From assembly GCA_963736545.1 (NCBI GenBank), contig CAVTPA010000001.1:1793660-1857659 (forward strand): a stretch of DNA of 64,000 nt. Reading direction: 5' to 3'. Origin of the DNA: an uncultured Chloroflexia bacterium. Lineage in GTDB: Bacteria; Chloroflexota; Limnocylindria; Limnocylindrales; CSP1-4. Position numbers and translations under genes: made by a program. How positions within the stretch are numbered: position 1 is the first letter of the stretch; the number at the start of each line of letters is the position of its first letter. The notes under the pieces are model-generated. The model did not search any database and was not told where the DNA came from. It saw only the letters and a program-made list of their open reading frames with translations. Positions 20,567 through 30,562 of the stretch are shown piece after piece.

Positions 20567-21691
20567 ATGAACGCAACGCCGCTCGGGGTGGGGATGATTG
20601 GCTACGGCTTCATGGGCCGGGCGCACAGCAACGCCTACGAGCTCGTCAAGCGCACGTTCGGCGCCGAGACTCCTCAAACCGATTTGGTCAGCCTCGCCGG
20701 CCGTGACGCAGCCGCGGTTGCTGCGGCCGCGTCACGGTTTGGATTCCGTCGACACGAGACCGACTGGCACCGAACAGTCACGGATCCGGATGTCGCCCTG
20801 GTGAACGTGTGCGCGTGGCACGACGTGCACGCCGAGGCGTCGATCGAGGCCGCGAGTTGCGGACGACACGTGGTGTGCGAGAAGCCGATGTCGCTCGACG
20901 TCGACGAGGCGCGTCGAATGCGCGATGCGGCCGTCGCGGCGGGGATCGTCCACCGCGTCGCGTTCAACTACCGGTTTGCGCCGGCCGTGGTGATGGCTCG
21001 CCGGTTGATCGCCGACGGGGCGCTCGGGCGGATCCATCGCGTCCGCATCAGCTACCTGATCGGCGGCCTCGCCTCCTCCACGATCCCCTGGTACTGGGAC
21101 GACCGGGTATCCGGCGTCCTGCTCAACCTCGGCTCGCACGTCATCGATATGGCGCGCTACCTCGTCGGGGAGCCATCGGTCGTCTCCGGACGCATGAGCA
21201 GGGGGTTCCCCGAGCGGCCGCTCCGTGGCGATCCTGGGACGCTCGCGCCGATCGAGGCCGACGATGGAGTCGTCGCGGCGGTCGAGTTCGCCAGCGGCGC
21301 TCTCGGGTGCCTCGAGGCATCATGGCTCTGCTCCGGGCGGAACAACCAGTTCTCGTTCGAGATCAACGGCTCGGACGGAGCGGTCACCTGGGACCTCGAG
21401 CGGCTCAACTGGCTGGGCGTCTATCGGCGCGGCGGGCGCGGCTTCGAAGACGTCTTGGTGACCGGCACGGACGATCCACTGATGCGCGGCTGGTGGCCGC
21501 CCGGCCACCAGCTCGGGTGGGAGCACCTCCACGCCAACCTTATGCACGAATTCCTGCTCGCCGTCGCGGGGACACCGATGCGTGACGTCGTCGGTGCCTC
21601 GTTCGAGGATGGCTATCGTGTCGCGGTTGTCTCGGCGGCCATCCATGAGGCGAGCCGGACGGGCCGAACGGTCCAGGTGGCGGACGCATGA
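20567..21691 (+). CDS. Gfo/Idh/MocA-family oxidoreductase
   Basis: 374 aa. N-terminal Rossmann GVGMIGYGFMGRAH, and EKP motif VVCEKPMS. Confidence 0.9.
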   Translation: MNATPLGVGMIGYGFMGRAHSNAYELVKRTFGAETPQTDLVSLAGRDAAAVAAAASRFGFRRHETDWHRTVTDPDVALVNVCAWHDVHAEASIEAASCGRHVVCEKPMSLDVDEARRMRDAAVAAGIVHRVAFNYRFAPAVVMARRLIADGALGRIHRVRISYLIGGLASSTIPWYWDDRVSGVLLNLGSHVIDMARYLVGEPSVVSGRMSRGFPERPLRGDPGTLAPIEADDGVVAAVEFASGALGCLEASWLCSGRNNQFSFEINGSDGAVTWDLERLNWLGVYRRGGRGFEDVLVTGTDDPLMRGWWPPGHQLGWEHLHANLMHEFLLAVAGTPMRDVVGASFEDGYRVAVVSAAIHEASRTGRTVQVADA

Positions 21692-21704
21692 GAGACCGCG
21701 GACG

Positions 21705-22782
21705 GTGCGGACGCCTCGCGAGGCCGAGGATCGGCCGCGGCTGGGCCTAGACGTCTATAGCCTCCGGTCAACCGGCTGGGAGCCCGGTCACGCTGCTGGG
21801 TTTCTGCTCCGGCCTGGGGGCCGAGGTAGTCCAGTTCTCCGAGCCCCGGTTCCTCGGCTCACTCGACGAGGCCAACCTGCGGGCAGTCCGCGCCCATGCC
21901 GATGACCTTGGCCTGGACCTCGAGGTCGGCATGGGTTCAATCTGCCCAACCTCGACGATGTTCCGCGCCGAAGAAGGGCCGGCGGCGGAGCAGCTCACGC
22001 GGATGGTCCACGTCGCCGCCATCCTGCGCTCGCCCCTCGTCCGGTGTTACCTGGGCTCGTCCGCCGACCGCGCGACGGGACTGGCGACTCACATCGCGAA
22101 CACGATCGCGACCTGCAAGTCGGTCGAGGCGACTGCGAGAGACCTCGGCGTGAGGATCGCGATCGAGAACCACGCCGGCGACCTCCAGTCCGGCGAGCTG
22201 CGCGACCTCGTCGAGCGGGCCGGCCCGCACTTCGTGGGCGCTCTATTCGACGCCGGAAACGCCTCGTGGACCCTGGAGGAACCGCTCGCGGCGTTGGAGA
22301 CGATCGCGCCGCACGTCCTGACCTCGGGAATCCGTGACGCGAGGGTGTGGGAAACGCCCGATGGCGCGGCCGTCGAGTGGGTCGCGCTGGGTGACGGTGA
22401 CGCGCAGATCGACCGCCTCGCAGCACGGTATGCCGAGCTGTGTCCCGGGAAGACGTTCTCCCTGGAGGTGATCCCCTACCCGCCCCGGGCGTTCCCCTAC
22501 CGGCGGCGCAGCTTCTGGGACGCGTATCGCGACGTCCCGGCTTGGGTGTTCGCAGGCTTCCTCGACTGGGTCCGGCGGGGCACGGTGCGGCATGGGCCGG
22601 GCGACGAGCCAACCGACGCCCCGGACGTCGAGTCCATGGCCGAGCGGGAGGTCGCCGACGTGGCGGTCGCCATGGCCTACGCGCGGACCGCGCTCGGTCT
22701 AGGCCGACCCTCCCGCGGAGGCCCGGCCACGCCGGCCTCGCCCGCCAGCCGGGCCCTCGCCGCCACCGCCGAGAGGTCCTGA
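21705..22782 (+). pseudogene. sugar phosphate isomerase/epimerase (xylose isomerase-like TIM barrel), frameshift near 21786
   Basis: RLGLDVYSLRSTGWEP is in one frame. It continues as VTLLGFCSGLGAEVVQFSEP...IAIENHAGD in the 21931..22782 frame. One extra base is needed to join them, and this could be an assembly indel. Confidence 0.7.
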
Positions 22783-23771
22783 TGCAAGCTGTCGTCTATA
22801 CGCACGGCGGAGTGGTCGCCTTCGAGGAACGCCCGGAGCCGGTCGCAGGCCCGGGCGAAGCACTGCTGCGCCCGCTCGCGGTCGGCATCTGCGGGACCGA
22901 TCTCCACCCGGAGAGCTTTGCCTTCGACCCGGGAGTGATCATGGGCCACGAGCTCTCGGCCGCGGTTGTCGCGCTCGGACCAGGGACGAGCGGGCTCGGG
23001 ATCGGCGACCGGGTGGTCGTCAATCCAAACGGGATCACGTGCGGGACGTGCGAGGCCTGCCGGAGCGGGCGGCCGAATTGTTGCGAGCCGGCCCACCGGG
23101 CGAGCATCGGGATCCATCGCGACGGCGGGCTTGCAGCCCTCGTGGCGGTGCCGGTTCGCGCGCTCCACCGGATCCCCGACACGCTGGGCGATCAGCCAGC
23201 CGCCTGGGCCGAGCCCCTCGCTGCGGCGATCCATGCCGTTCGGGCGGCGGGCTCGGTGCTGGGGATGCGCACGCTCGTCCTTGGGGGCGGCCCGATCGGG
23301 CTCCTGACCCTCCAGCTGCTGAGGAGCGGTGGGGCCGCGTTCGTCGGGCTCGTCGAGCCGGTCGCGTTCCGGCGCGCGGTCGCCGAGCGCCTCGGCGTCG
23401 ACGCGACGTACGACTCGGCCACCTCCGCCGGGCACGAAGCTGCGCCCGCTCTCGTGGTCGAATGCTCCGGATCGCCCGCGGCCCTTTCTGCCGCCGTCCA
23501 CCTCGTCCTCGAAGGGGGATCGATCACGGCGATTGGGATCGGTCCGACCGGTCCGGGGATCGTCCCGCTCGAACTCGTCGGCAAAGAGGTGACGATCCGC
23601 GGGAGCGCGCTGTACATCGACGAGTTCTCGCCAGCCCTCGAGCTACTCGCAGGCGGCCGGATCGTCGTGGACACCCTGACGACCGGAGTCGAGCCACTGG
23701 ACCAGTTCGCCGCTGTGTACGAGGAGATGAGGAGCCCTGAGGGAGCCGTCAAGTACCTGCTTCGACCGTGA
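22782..23771 (+). CDS. zinc-dependent alcohol/polyol dehydrogenase (MDR family)
   Basis: Starts MQAVVYTHGG with an ATGA-type overlap with the previous stop. Contains GICGTDLH, a structural-zinc Cys cluster CGTCEACRSGRPNCC, and a GGGPIGLL Rossmann motif. Confidence 0.85.
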   Translation: MQAVVYTHGGVVAFEERPEPVAGPGEALLRPLAVGICGTDLHPESFAFDPGVIMGHELSAAVVALGPGTSGLGIGDRVVVNPNGITCGTCEACRSGRPNCCEPAHRASIGIHRDGGLAALVAVPVRALHRIPDTLGDQPAAWAEPLAAAIHAVRAAGSVLGMRTLVLGGGPIGLLTLQLLRSGGAAFVGLVEPVAFRRAVAERLGVDATYDSATSAGHEAAPALVVECSGSPAALSAAVHLVLEGGSITAIGIGPTGPGIVPLELVGKEVTIRGSALYIDEFSPALELLAGGRIVVDTLTTGVEPLDQFAAVYEEMRSPEGAVKYLLRP

Positions 23772-23790
23772 CCGGGCGGCCCACCCGACC

Positions 23791-24921
23791 ATGGTGATCA
23801 CCGGGATCGTTGCACTGGGGAGTCAGGCAATGGAGGTCGTTGGATCGCGCGGCAGGGAGTTTGCCGACAAGCTCGAGCGGCTTCGGTCGGTCCTGTGCGC
23901 GCATGGGGCGGCCGGGGCCGCCCTTCGGTCGCGTCGGAACTTCGCGTGGTTGACATCCGGCGGCGACAACCACGTCCTCGCGGCGTCGGAGGAAGGCTTC
24001 GCGACGATCCTCGTGACCGCTCACGACGCGGTGGTGCTCACCGCGAACAACGAGGCCCCCCGGATACACGACGAGGAGGTGGGCGGTCTGCCGATCGACG
24101 TTGTCGGACTCCCGTGGGAACGTCCCGAGGCGCTGGGCGAGGAGATCCGGGCGCGAGTTGATGGCGTGGTTGTCGACGACGTCGCCCTCGAGGCCGACCT
24201 GTGGCGGCACCGGGCGACGCTTGGCGCAGAGGAGCAGCGCCGGTTCGCCCTGCTCGGGGCGCGCACGGCGCGCGCGATGACGACCACGCTTGCGACGGCC
24301 CGCCCCGGCGAGCTCGAAACGTCGCTCGGCGCCCGGCTCGCGCTCGCGCTCGCCGCCGACGGCATCAGAGCCCCCGTGGTCCTCGTCGCCAGCGACGAAC
24401 GGATCCGCCGGTACCGCCACCCGATCCCAGTGCCCAAGCCGATCGACACCTCACTCATGCTCATCGTCGGTGCCGAGCTGGGTGGCCTCGTTGTTGCCAT
24501 GACCCGGTTCGCCTGGCTGCGCGGGCGGCCGGATCCGGAAACGGAGCGCCGGTTCGACGCCGTGAACCGCGTCCACGCCGCCTTCCTAACGGCAACGCGC
24601 GTCGGCAGGACGCTGGCGGAGGTGCTGGCCGACGGCGTGGCGGCCTACGGGGCCGAGGGGTTTCCCGACGAGTGGTCCCTCCATCACCAGGGCGGCCCGA
24701 TCGGCTACCAGGGCCGCGAGGCGGTCGCGACCCCTGGCAACGACTCGCGGATCAACGCGGAGATGGCGTTCGCGTGGAACCCGTCGATCACCGGGACAAA
24801 GGCCGAGGATACGTTCGTCCTCCATGCCGACGGGGCCCGGGACATCGTGACCCGCGACCCGTACTGGCCCTCGGCGCCCGACGGCGAGCCGGCCGTCTGG
24901 TTGAGCGACATCGAGGCCTGA
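23791..24921 (+). CDS. M24-family (creatinase/Xaa-Pro peptidase fold) protein, metal ligands apparently degenerate
   Basis: 376 aa with a pita-bread fold pattern. The usual GHGIG...HE and EPG motifs read GGPIGYQGRE and WNPS, so peptidase activity is doubtful. Confidence 0.65.
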   Translation: MVITGIVALGSQAMEVVGSRGREFADKLERLRSVLCAHGAAGAALRSRRNFAWLTSGGDNHVLAASEEGFATILVTAHDAVVLTANNEAPRIHDEEVGGLPIDVVGLPWERPEALGEEIRARVDGVVVDDVALEADLWRHRATLGAEEQRRFALLGARTARAMTTTLATARPGELETSLGARLALALAADGIRAPVVLVASDERIRRYRHPIPVPKPIDTSLMLIVGAELGGLVVAMTRFAWLRGRPDPETERRFDAVNRVHAAFLTATRVGRTLAEVLADGVAAYGAEGFPDEWSLHHQGGPIGYQGREAVATPGNDSRINAEMAFAWNPSITGTKAEDTFVLHADGARDIVTRDPYWPSAPDGEPAVWLSDIEA

Positions 24922-25057
24922 GCGTGGATGGCACGGCAATGAGGATGTCCGGGCGCGGAACGTCCTCACGATCTTCAACGGATCGCGCACCCGTGTGGGC
25001 TCAGGGCGGCGTGGCTCCGGCGGGCGCACCAGCGTGAAAGCAGACTGAGAGGACACC

Positions 25058-26182
25058 GTGGAGATGACTTCCCTCGAGCGCGTCATGGCTGCCTTCCGGC
25101 GCGAGGTGCCCGACCGCGTGCCGATGTTCGAGGCGATGATCGACCCGCACGTCGTCGACGGCATCCTGCCCGGCGGCTCGTACGCAGACTTGGTCGACCT
25201 GCTCGACATCGACTGCGCAGTCACCCCGACCCCGTCGCGGATGTACAACCTCGAGCTCGTCCGGGAGGACGACGGGGCCCGCATCTACCGCAGCGAGTGG
25301 GGCGAGCTGCGGGCGGCGACGGGCGAGATGGTCACGATCCCCATCGAGTATCCGATCAAGACCCGCGCCGACTGGGAAGCATACGAGATCCCTGACTACG
25401 CCCGGGCAGGTCGCCTCGACAACCTCGGCGGGCTCGTCGCCCGCTTCAAGGGACGGCGCGCCATCGGCTGCCACCTCCACGACTCGTTCACCTACCCGTC
25501 CTACCTCTTTGGGATGAGCGAGCTGTTCATGAACATCGTCGCCGAGCCCGAGTGGACGAAGGAGGTCATCGCAGCCTGCACCGCGCACTGCGTCGGCCTG
25601 ACCGAGCTCGCGGTGAAGGCCGGGGCCGACTTCATCATGTTCGGAGACGACGTCGGGGGCAGCACGGGGCCGATGATGTCACCAAGGCATTACGAGGAGT
25701 TCTTTCTGCCCGGGCTGGCGGCGGTCACCGCTAGGGCGCACGAGCTCGGGGCAAAGGTCCTTAAGCACACCGACGGCAACGTCACCAAGCTCCTCCCGAT
25801 GTTCGTCGAGATCGGGATTGACGCCTTCCACCCGTCCGATCCGAGCTCGGGGATGGACATCGTCGAGGTGAAGCGGGCGTTTGGGGACCGGCTGACAGTG
25901 TGCGGTGGAGTCGACACAGGGGCGCCGTTGTCCGACTGGAGCGTTCCTGAGCTCGTCGCGGAGGTCAGGAAACGGATCCGCGAGCTCGCTCCGGGCGGCG
26001 GCTGGATGATCGCCTCGAGCAACTCGATCCACTCCGGCGTTCGGCCGGAGAACTTCCAGGCGCAGGAGCTCACGACCCGCGTATTCGGGACATACGCGAA
26101 GCTTGACAAGGTTGCCGACCCGGAGCTCGAGGCGCTGATCGGGCGAATCCCGATGCGCGGTTCCGTTGGCGCCGAGGCGTGA
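25058..26182 (+). CDS. uroporphyrinogen decarboxylase (URO-D/MtaA) family protein
   Basis: 374 aa. N-terminal RVMAAFRREVPDRVPMFE, and a core FIMFGDDVGGSTGPMMSP. The zinc H-x-C-G position reads HTDG, with no Cys. Confidence 0.8.
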   Translation: MEMTSLERVMAAFRREVPDRVPMFEAMIDPHVVDGILPGGSYADLVDLLDIDCAVTPTPSRMYNLELVREDDGARIYRSEWGELRAATGEMVTIPIEYPIKTRADWEAYEIPDYARAGRLDNLGGLVARFKGRRAIGCHLHDSFTYPSYLFGMSELFMNIVAEPEWTKEVIAACTAHCVGLTELAVKAGADFIMFGDDVGGSTGPMMSPRHYEEFFLPGLAAVTARAHELGAKVLKHTDGNVTKLLPMFVEIGIDAFHPSDPSSGMDIVEVKRAFGDRLTVCGGVDTGAPLSDWSVPELVAEVRKRIRELAPGGGWMIASSNSIHSGVRPENFQAQELTTRVFGTYAKLDKVADPELEALIGRIPMRGSVGAEA

Positions 26183-26463
26183 TCATGGGCGGTGACCCGC
26201 TCGCCCACGCCGGCGGCTGCCTGGGAAGGACCGGTGCGCTGGGGGATGTCAACGGTCAACCAGGTCCAGCCGACCGTCGCACGAGTTGCCGATCGTGCGA
26301 ACCCCGGGAACGCGGATGGCATGGAGCGGATGGTCGCCCGGCGCCGTTCACGCCGTAGGGCGTCGGCGCTGAGCGGGCCATGCCCGCTCCGGGAGTTCCT
26401 GACGCGCTGCCGACGACGCGAGCGGCCCGTTCCCGCCCGACCCTAGCCTGACTGGAGATCGAG

Positions 26464-27474
26464 ATGGAGACCAAGCGCCAGGTGGTTCGCGCCGTGTTCG
26501 CGGGTGAACGGCCGCCGTACGTGCCCTGGCACGTCGCCTTCACCGCGGAGGCGAAGGCGCGGCTGCTGGAGCACCTGGGGCCGTGCGACTTGGAGCAGGC
26601 GCTGGACAACCACATGCTCATGCTCCGGCGCTCGACCGGCTCGATCACTGACCTCGGCGGCGGCCGCGTCCAGGACCTATTTGGCGTCGTGTGGAACCGG
26701 ACGATCGACAAGGACATCGGCTTTCCCGAGGGCCTCGTCCTGGCCGAGCCGACGCTCCATGATTGGCATCCTCCCGACCCTCTCAACCCTCGGTTCTACC
26801 TCAACTGGGACCGGCAGATCGCCGGAGGCAGCGATCGCTATCGCGTCTTCTCGGCCAGCTTCTCACTGTACGAGCGGGCGTGGTCCATGCGCGGCCTCGA
26901 GAACCTGATGCTCGACTTCTATGACCATCCGGCGTTCGTTCACGAGCTGTTGGATGCCCTGGCGGATTTCAACCTCGCCCAGGTGCGCGAGGCGCTCAAG
27001 TACGACATCGACGCCGTCTACTTCGGCGACGACTGGGGCCAGCAGCACGGCCTCCAGATGGGCCGGCGGCACTGGGATGCGTTCATCAGACCGCGGCTCG
27101 CGCGAATGTACCGGGAGGTACGCGAGGCCGGGAAGGCCGTGATGATCCACTCTTGTGGCGCCGTGGACGAGCTGTTCGATGAGCTGATCGCGCTCGGCCT
27201 CAACTGCTTCAACCCGTTCCAGCCTGAGGTCATGGACGTGGATGACGTCTTCCGCCGGTATCACGGCCGGCTGTCGTTCTTCGGCGGCCTGTCGACACAG
27301 CGGACGCTCCCGTTCGGGTCGGTCGAGGACGTCCAGCGGGAGACGGCCCACCTGCTTGATCTGGGGCGTGATGGCAGCTATGTGTTCGCCACAGGGCACG
27401 CGGTCGAGGGTGACGTCCCGCTCGAGAACATGCTGGCCTTCATCGACACCGTGCGGGCGCAGCGTGCGCAATGA
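26464..27474 (+). CDS. uroporphyrinogen decarboxylase (URO-D/MtaA) family protein
   Basis: 336 aa. RAVFAGERPPYVPWH, YFGDDWGQQHGLQMG, and an MtaA-like H-x-C-G motif IHSCG. SD GGAGA lies before the ATG. Confidence 0.8.
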   Translation: METKRQVVRAVFAGERPPYVPWHVAFTAEAKARLLEHLGPCDLEQALDNHMLMLRRSTGSITDLGGGRVQDLFGVVWNRTIDKDIGFPEGLVLAEPTLHDWHPPDPLNPRFYLNWDRQIAGGSDRYRVFSASFSLYERAWSMRGLENLMLDFYDHPAFVHELLDALADFNLAQVREALKYDIDAVYFGDDWGQQHGLQMGRRHWDAFIRPRLARMYREVREAGKAVMIHSCGAVDELFDELIALGLNCFNPFQPEVMDVDDVFRRYHGRLSFFGGLSTQRTLPFGSVEDVQRETAHLLDLGRDGSYVFATGHAVEGDVPLENMLAFIDTVRAQRAQ

Positions 27475-27513
27475 TCGAGCGCCCGGATGCCGCGCCGGCG
27501 AGGGAGGCTGACA
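27370..27513 (+). repeat. 144-bp direct repeat, left copy (3' end of the URO-D gene plus the first 14 codons of the next gene)
   Basis: 141/144 identical to 29433-29576. The three mismatches all lie in the first 35 bp. Confidence 0.95.
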
Positions 27514-27773
27514 GGGACCACGAGACGCTCAGGGGGGCGGCCTGCCAGCTCAACCGGGACGTGCATGGCGCCGGGCCTGTGATCCTTGCCTTCGGAGACG
27601 CGAGTGTCGTCGACCGGTCGGCCGGGATCCTGGTCATCAAGCCCAGCGCGCTCGCGTGCGATGCGGTGGAGCCGGCGGATGTCGATGAAACTGCGGGCGT
27701 GCCGGGTGGGGTTCCTCCCGCACACACGACCGATCGCCGCGGAGGAGCGCCGCACAGACGCCGAGATCTGTAG
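27471..27773 (+). pseudogene. class II aldolase/adducin (AraD-like) N-terminal fragment, truncated
   Basis: 100-aa ORF with VILAFGDASVVDRSAGILVIKPSA, resembling the GNxS...IKPSG region of the family. It ends where lower-GC DNA begins. The identification is weak. Confidence 0.35.
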
Positions 27774-27814
27774 CTGACAGTCAACGGACACTCGCATCCA
27801 GGAGGGCTCAGAAG

Positions 27815-28564
27815 ATGCTGACTGGAATGGTGGCATTGGTTACCGGCGGGTCACGTGGGCTGGGAGCGGAGACTTGTGTTGCCCTTGGAGACATGGGAGC
27901 GGCGGTGGTTGTCAACTACTCGGCACGTGCTGACGCCGCTGAACAGACCGTCGATAGCATCAGGGCGCGAGGGGGCACCTCGATCGCTCTTCGAGCAGAC
28001 GTTTCCGACGAAGCGGCCGTACGCAGAATGTTCGACTCCGTGGTCAATGAATTCGGGCGCCTCAACGTCCTCGTGAACAACGCCGCAGTCAACTCGGACT
28101 TTCTGGTCGAAGAAATGGACGTGGAGGAGTGGGACCGGGTGATCGCAGTGAATCTGCGAGGAGCGTTCCTATGCTCCAAGCACTCCATCGCCTTGTTGAG
28201 ATCAAGTGGATACGGTCGCATCGTCAACCTATCCAGCCAGGGCGTTCGGAAAGGCTCCATCACACACGCTCACTACTCGGCTTCCAAGATGGGAATCATC
28301 GGCTTTACTCGTTCCCTTGCCAGAGAACTCGGCAAGGATGGGATCACAGTAAATGCCGTGGCTCCGGGCCGAATAGTGACCGACATGCTGGCCTCCAACC
28401 TGGCATACAACGACAAGACAGAGGAATGGCTCAAGCAGACGCCGCTTGGGAGGTTCGGGAAGCCCCGTGATGTCGCGGACATGATCGCCTTCCTGGCATC
28501 ACCGAAGGCTTCGTACATCACGGGACAGGTTTTCGCCGTGGACGGCGGTCTGCTCATGCAATGA
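27815..28564 (+). CDS. SDR-family oxidoreductase (FabG-like)
   Basis: [13 protein letters not shown], and YSASK catalytic motifs. A strong AGGAGG SD. Visibly lower GC than the surroundings. Confidence 0.9.
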   Translation: MLTGMVALVTGGSRGLGAETCVALGDMGAAVVVNYSARADAAEQTVDSIRARGGTSIALRADVSDEAAVRRMFDSVVNEFGRLNVLVNNAAVNSDFLVEEMDVEEWDRVIAVNLRGAFLCSKHSIALLRSSGYGRIVNLSSQGVRKGSITHAHYSASKMGIIGFTRSLARELGKDGITVNAVAPGRIVTDMLASNLAYNDKTEEWLKQTPLGRFGKPRDVADMIAFLASPKASYITGQVFAVDGGLLMQ

Positions 28565-28577
28565 TGGGAGAAAGCGA

Positions 28578-29303
28578 ATGCAATCGGGCGGACTGGCTGC
28601 TGTTGTTACCGGGGGAGGATCCGGAATCGGCAAAGCATGCGCCCAGGCTCTCGCGGGATATCAGGTTTGCGTTTGCGACCTCAACTTGGATGCGGCCCGG
28701 AGTGTCGCAGCGAATCTGTGTGGCGCAAGCGCATGGGGTCTCGACGTAGCGGACCCCGACCAAGTCCGAGATGTCTTTGCAGAGATAGAACACTCCGTGG
28801 GCAGAATCGGCGTGCTCGTCACCTGCGCGGGGATCCCGGGGCACGGCCAGCTGTCGGAACTGCCTGACGATGTTTGGCGGCGGGTGATGGATGTCGATCT
28901 CGACGGTGTCTTCTACTGCATGCGCGAGGCACTAAAGCAGATGCTGCCGGTGAAGGACGGGATCATTGTCAATGTCTCCTCGATGTGCGGAATAATGGGC
29001 TGCGCGAGTTCTCCGGCATATTCTGCCGCGAAGGCCGGGGTCATAGGTCTTTCGAGGTCCGTCGCCCGCAGGCACACCGAGGATGGCATTCGTCTGAATG
29101 TGGTGGCGCCGGGGTTGATCGACACGCCAATGGCGGACGTGGACAGACAGCTGGGCAAGCTCCAAAAGGGAATCGCAAAGATTCCGATGGGCAGAATGGG
29201 TACGGCCTGGGAGATCGGCCAACTCATTGCCTTCTTGTGCGGCGATTTAGGAGCATTCCTTGCCGGGCAGGTGATAAGTCCCAACGGCGGACAACTTATC
29301 TGA
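28578..29303 (+). CDS. SDR-family oxidoreductase
   Basis: TGGGSGIG and YSAAK motifs. Lower GC. Sits 13 bp after the previous SDR gene. Confidence 0.9.
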   Translation: MQSGGLAAVVTGGGSGIGKACAQALAGYQVCVCDLNLDAARSVAANLCGASAWGLDVADPDQVRDVFAEIEHSVGRIGVLVTCAGIPGHGQLSELPDDVWRRVMDVDLDGVFYCMREALKQMLPVKDGIIVNVSSMCGIMGCASSPAYSAAKAGVIGLSRSVARRHTEDGIRLNVVAPGLIDTPMADVDRQLGKLQKGIAKIPMGRMGTAWEIGQLIAFLCGDLGAFLAGQVISPNGGQLI

Positions 29304-29432
29304 GGCTGATTGGATGCCATCGGGCTTGGCGTCCCTAGCCCGGATCCACTGAAACCCCCCGCGTGATTCTTCATCCGGGACACACGAACAGATGCCCACC
29401 TGAAGGGGAGTGATGGCGTTGCGAAACACCCA

Positions 29433-29576
29433 GATGGCAGTTACGTGTTCGCCACAGGGCACGCCGTCGAGGGTGACGTCCCGCTCGAGAACATGCTGGC
29501 CTTCATCGACACCGTGCGGGCGCAGCGTGCGCAATGATCGAGCGCCCGGATGCCGCGCCGGCGAGGGAGGCTGACA
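29433..29576 (+). repeat. 144-bp direct repeat, right copy
   Basis: Encodes an orphan ...DGSYVFATGHAVEGDVPLENMLAFIDTVRAQRAQ* gene tail followed by MIERPDAAPAREAD. Similarity then stops. Confidence 0.95.
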
Positions 29577-29647
29577 CCTAGGCGCGTGCAACCAGCGCGT
29601 CTGGGGAACGTTGCAGCGCTAACCTGGCAACGATGTGGGTGGAAAGA

Positions 29648-30562
29648 TCAGGGGATTCGCGTCCTAGGCGATCTCACCGGGCGCAGCGTCGGCGCACCAT
29701 GACGCACAACGACGTCTCCTGACGTCCCCGCGAGCAGAGCCGAGACAGCGCTTCGCCCACATGCCAACCCCAGACGCCGATCTCTGGCGGTGGGATGGGC
29801 GGCCCTCTGGCTGTGGCCGAGGACTTCGGGCCGCACGCGTGCGCCCATCAGCTCGCCAAGCTCTCGGGCAACCGTCCCTGCCTCACCGCAGCCTTCCGTC
29901 ATCACGGCGATCGCGTACCTAGCGGTGAGTGCCTCCCGCATTTGCCGAGCGACGTCCTCCAGTGCCAACGGACGTTCGGGGACGATCAGCACATCGACCG
30001 GCGTCGCCGCCGCGATCGCATCTGCGATCCGTCCACAGTTGGCGCCCAGGACCTCGACCAGGAATGCACGGTGGAGCAGTGACTCGGCTGTCACCCTCAG
30101 GGAGTCGACGGCAGCCACCCCGTAGTTCACGGCGCTGTCGAAGCCGATGGTCTCCTCGGAGCCTTCGATGTCGTTGTCGATCGTCGCGGGCACGAACGCA
30201 ATCGGGATGTCGGACGTAACCCGGAGCCGCTCGACGCCCCGGAGGCTGCCCGCTCCACCGATGACGACCAGCCCGTCGATTCCGAGCCGCGACAGCGACG
30301 CGACGCATTCCGCGACGACAGGCTGGAGTCGGAGGTCCGCCCGCCGGCTCGTGAGGAGGATCGTCCCAGCTCGAGCGAGCATGGCGGGCGACACCGCCGG
30401 CTCCGCCAACTCGATCCGGGCTCCCGCTGCCAGGCCGTCGAAACCCTCGAGGATCCCCACGACCTCCGCGTGGTTCGCGGTCGCCTCCTCCCGGACGCCG
30501 TAGATCACCGCGTTCATGCCCGGCGCGTCGCCGCCGCTCGTGAGAACCGCGAACCGCGCCAT
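29648..30562 (-). CDS. PfkA-family ATP-dependent phosphofructokinase-like kinase, non-canonical motifs
   Basis: 304 aa from MARFAVLTSGGDAPGMNA, with PATIDNDI and LGHSQR. GGDGS reads GGAGS, and the MGR motif reads LGA, compared with E. coli PfkA as I recall it. The start overlaps the stop of the upstream gene. Confidence 0.75.
   Translation of the reverse strand: MARFAVLTSGGDAPGMNAVIYGVREEATANHAEVVGILEGFDGLAAGARIELAEPAVSPAMLARAGTILLTSRRADLRLQPVVAECVASLSRLGIDGLVVIGGAGSLRGVERLRVTSDIPIAFVPATIDNDIEGSEETIGFDSAVNYGVAAVDSLRVTAESLLHRAFLVEVLGANCGRIADAIAAATPVDVLIVPERPLALEDVARQMREALTARYAIAVMTEGCGEAGTVARELGELMGARVRPEVLGHSQRAAHPTARDRRLGLACGRSAVSALLAGTSGDVVVRHGAPTLRPVRSPRTRIP

Noticed and set aside
25035-25057. 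A CTGAGA element upstream of the URO-D gene as a possible TPP riboswitch core
   Set aside because: Only the hexamer matches. The surrounding conserved helices and the pyrimidine-sensor sequence of the THI element are absent.
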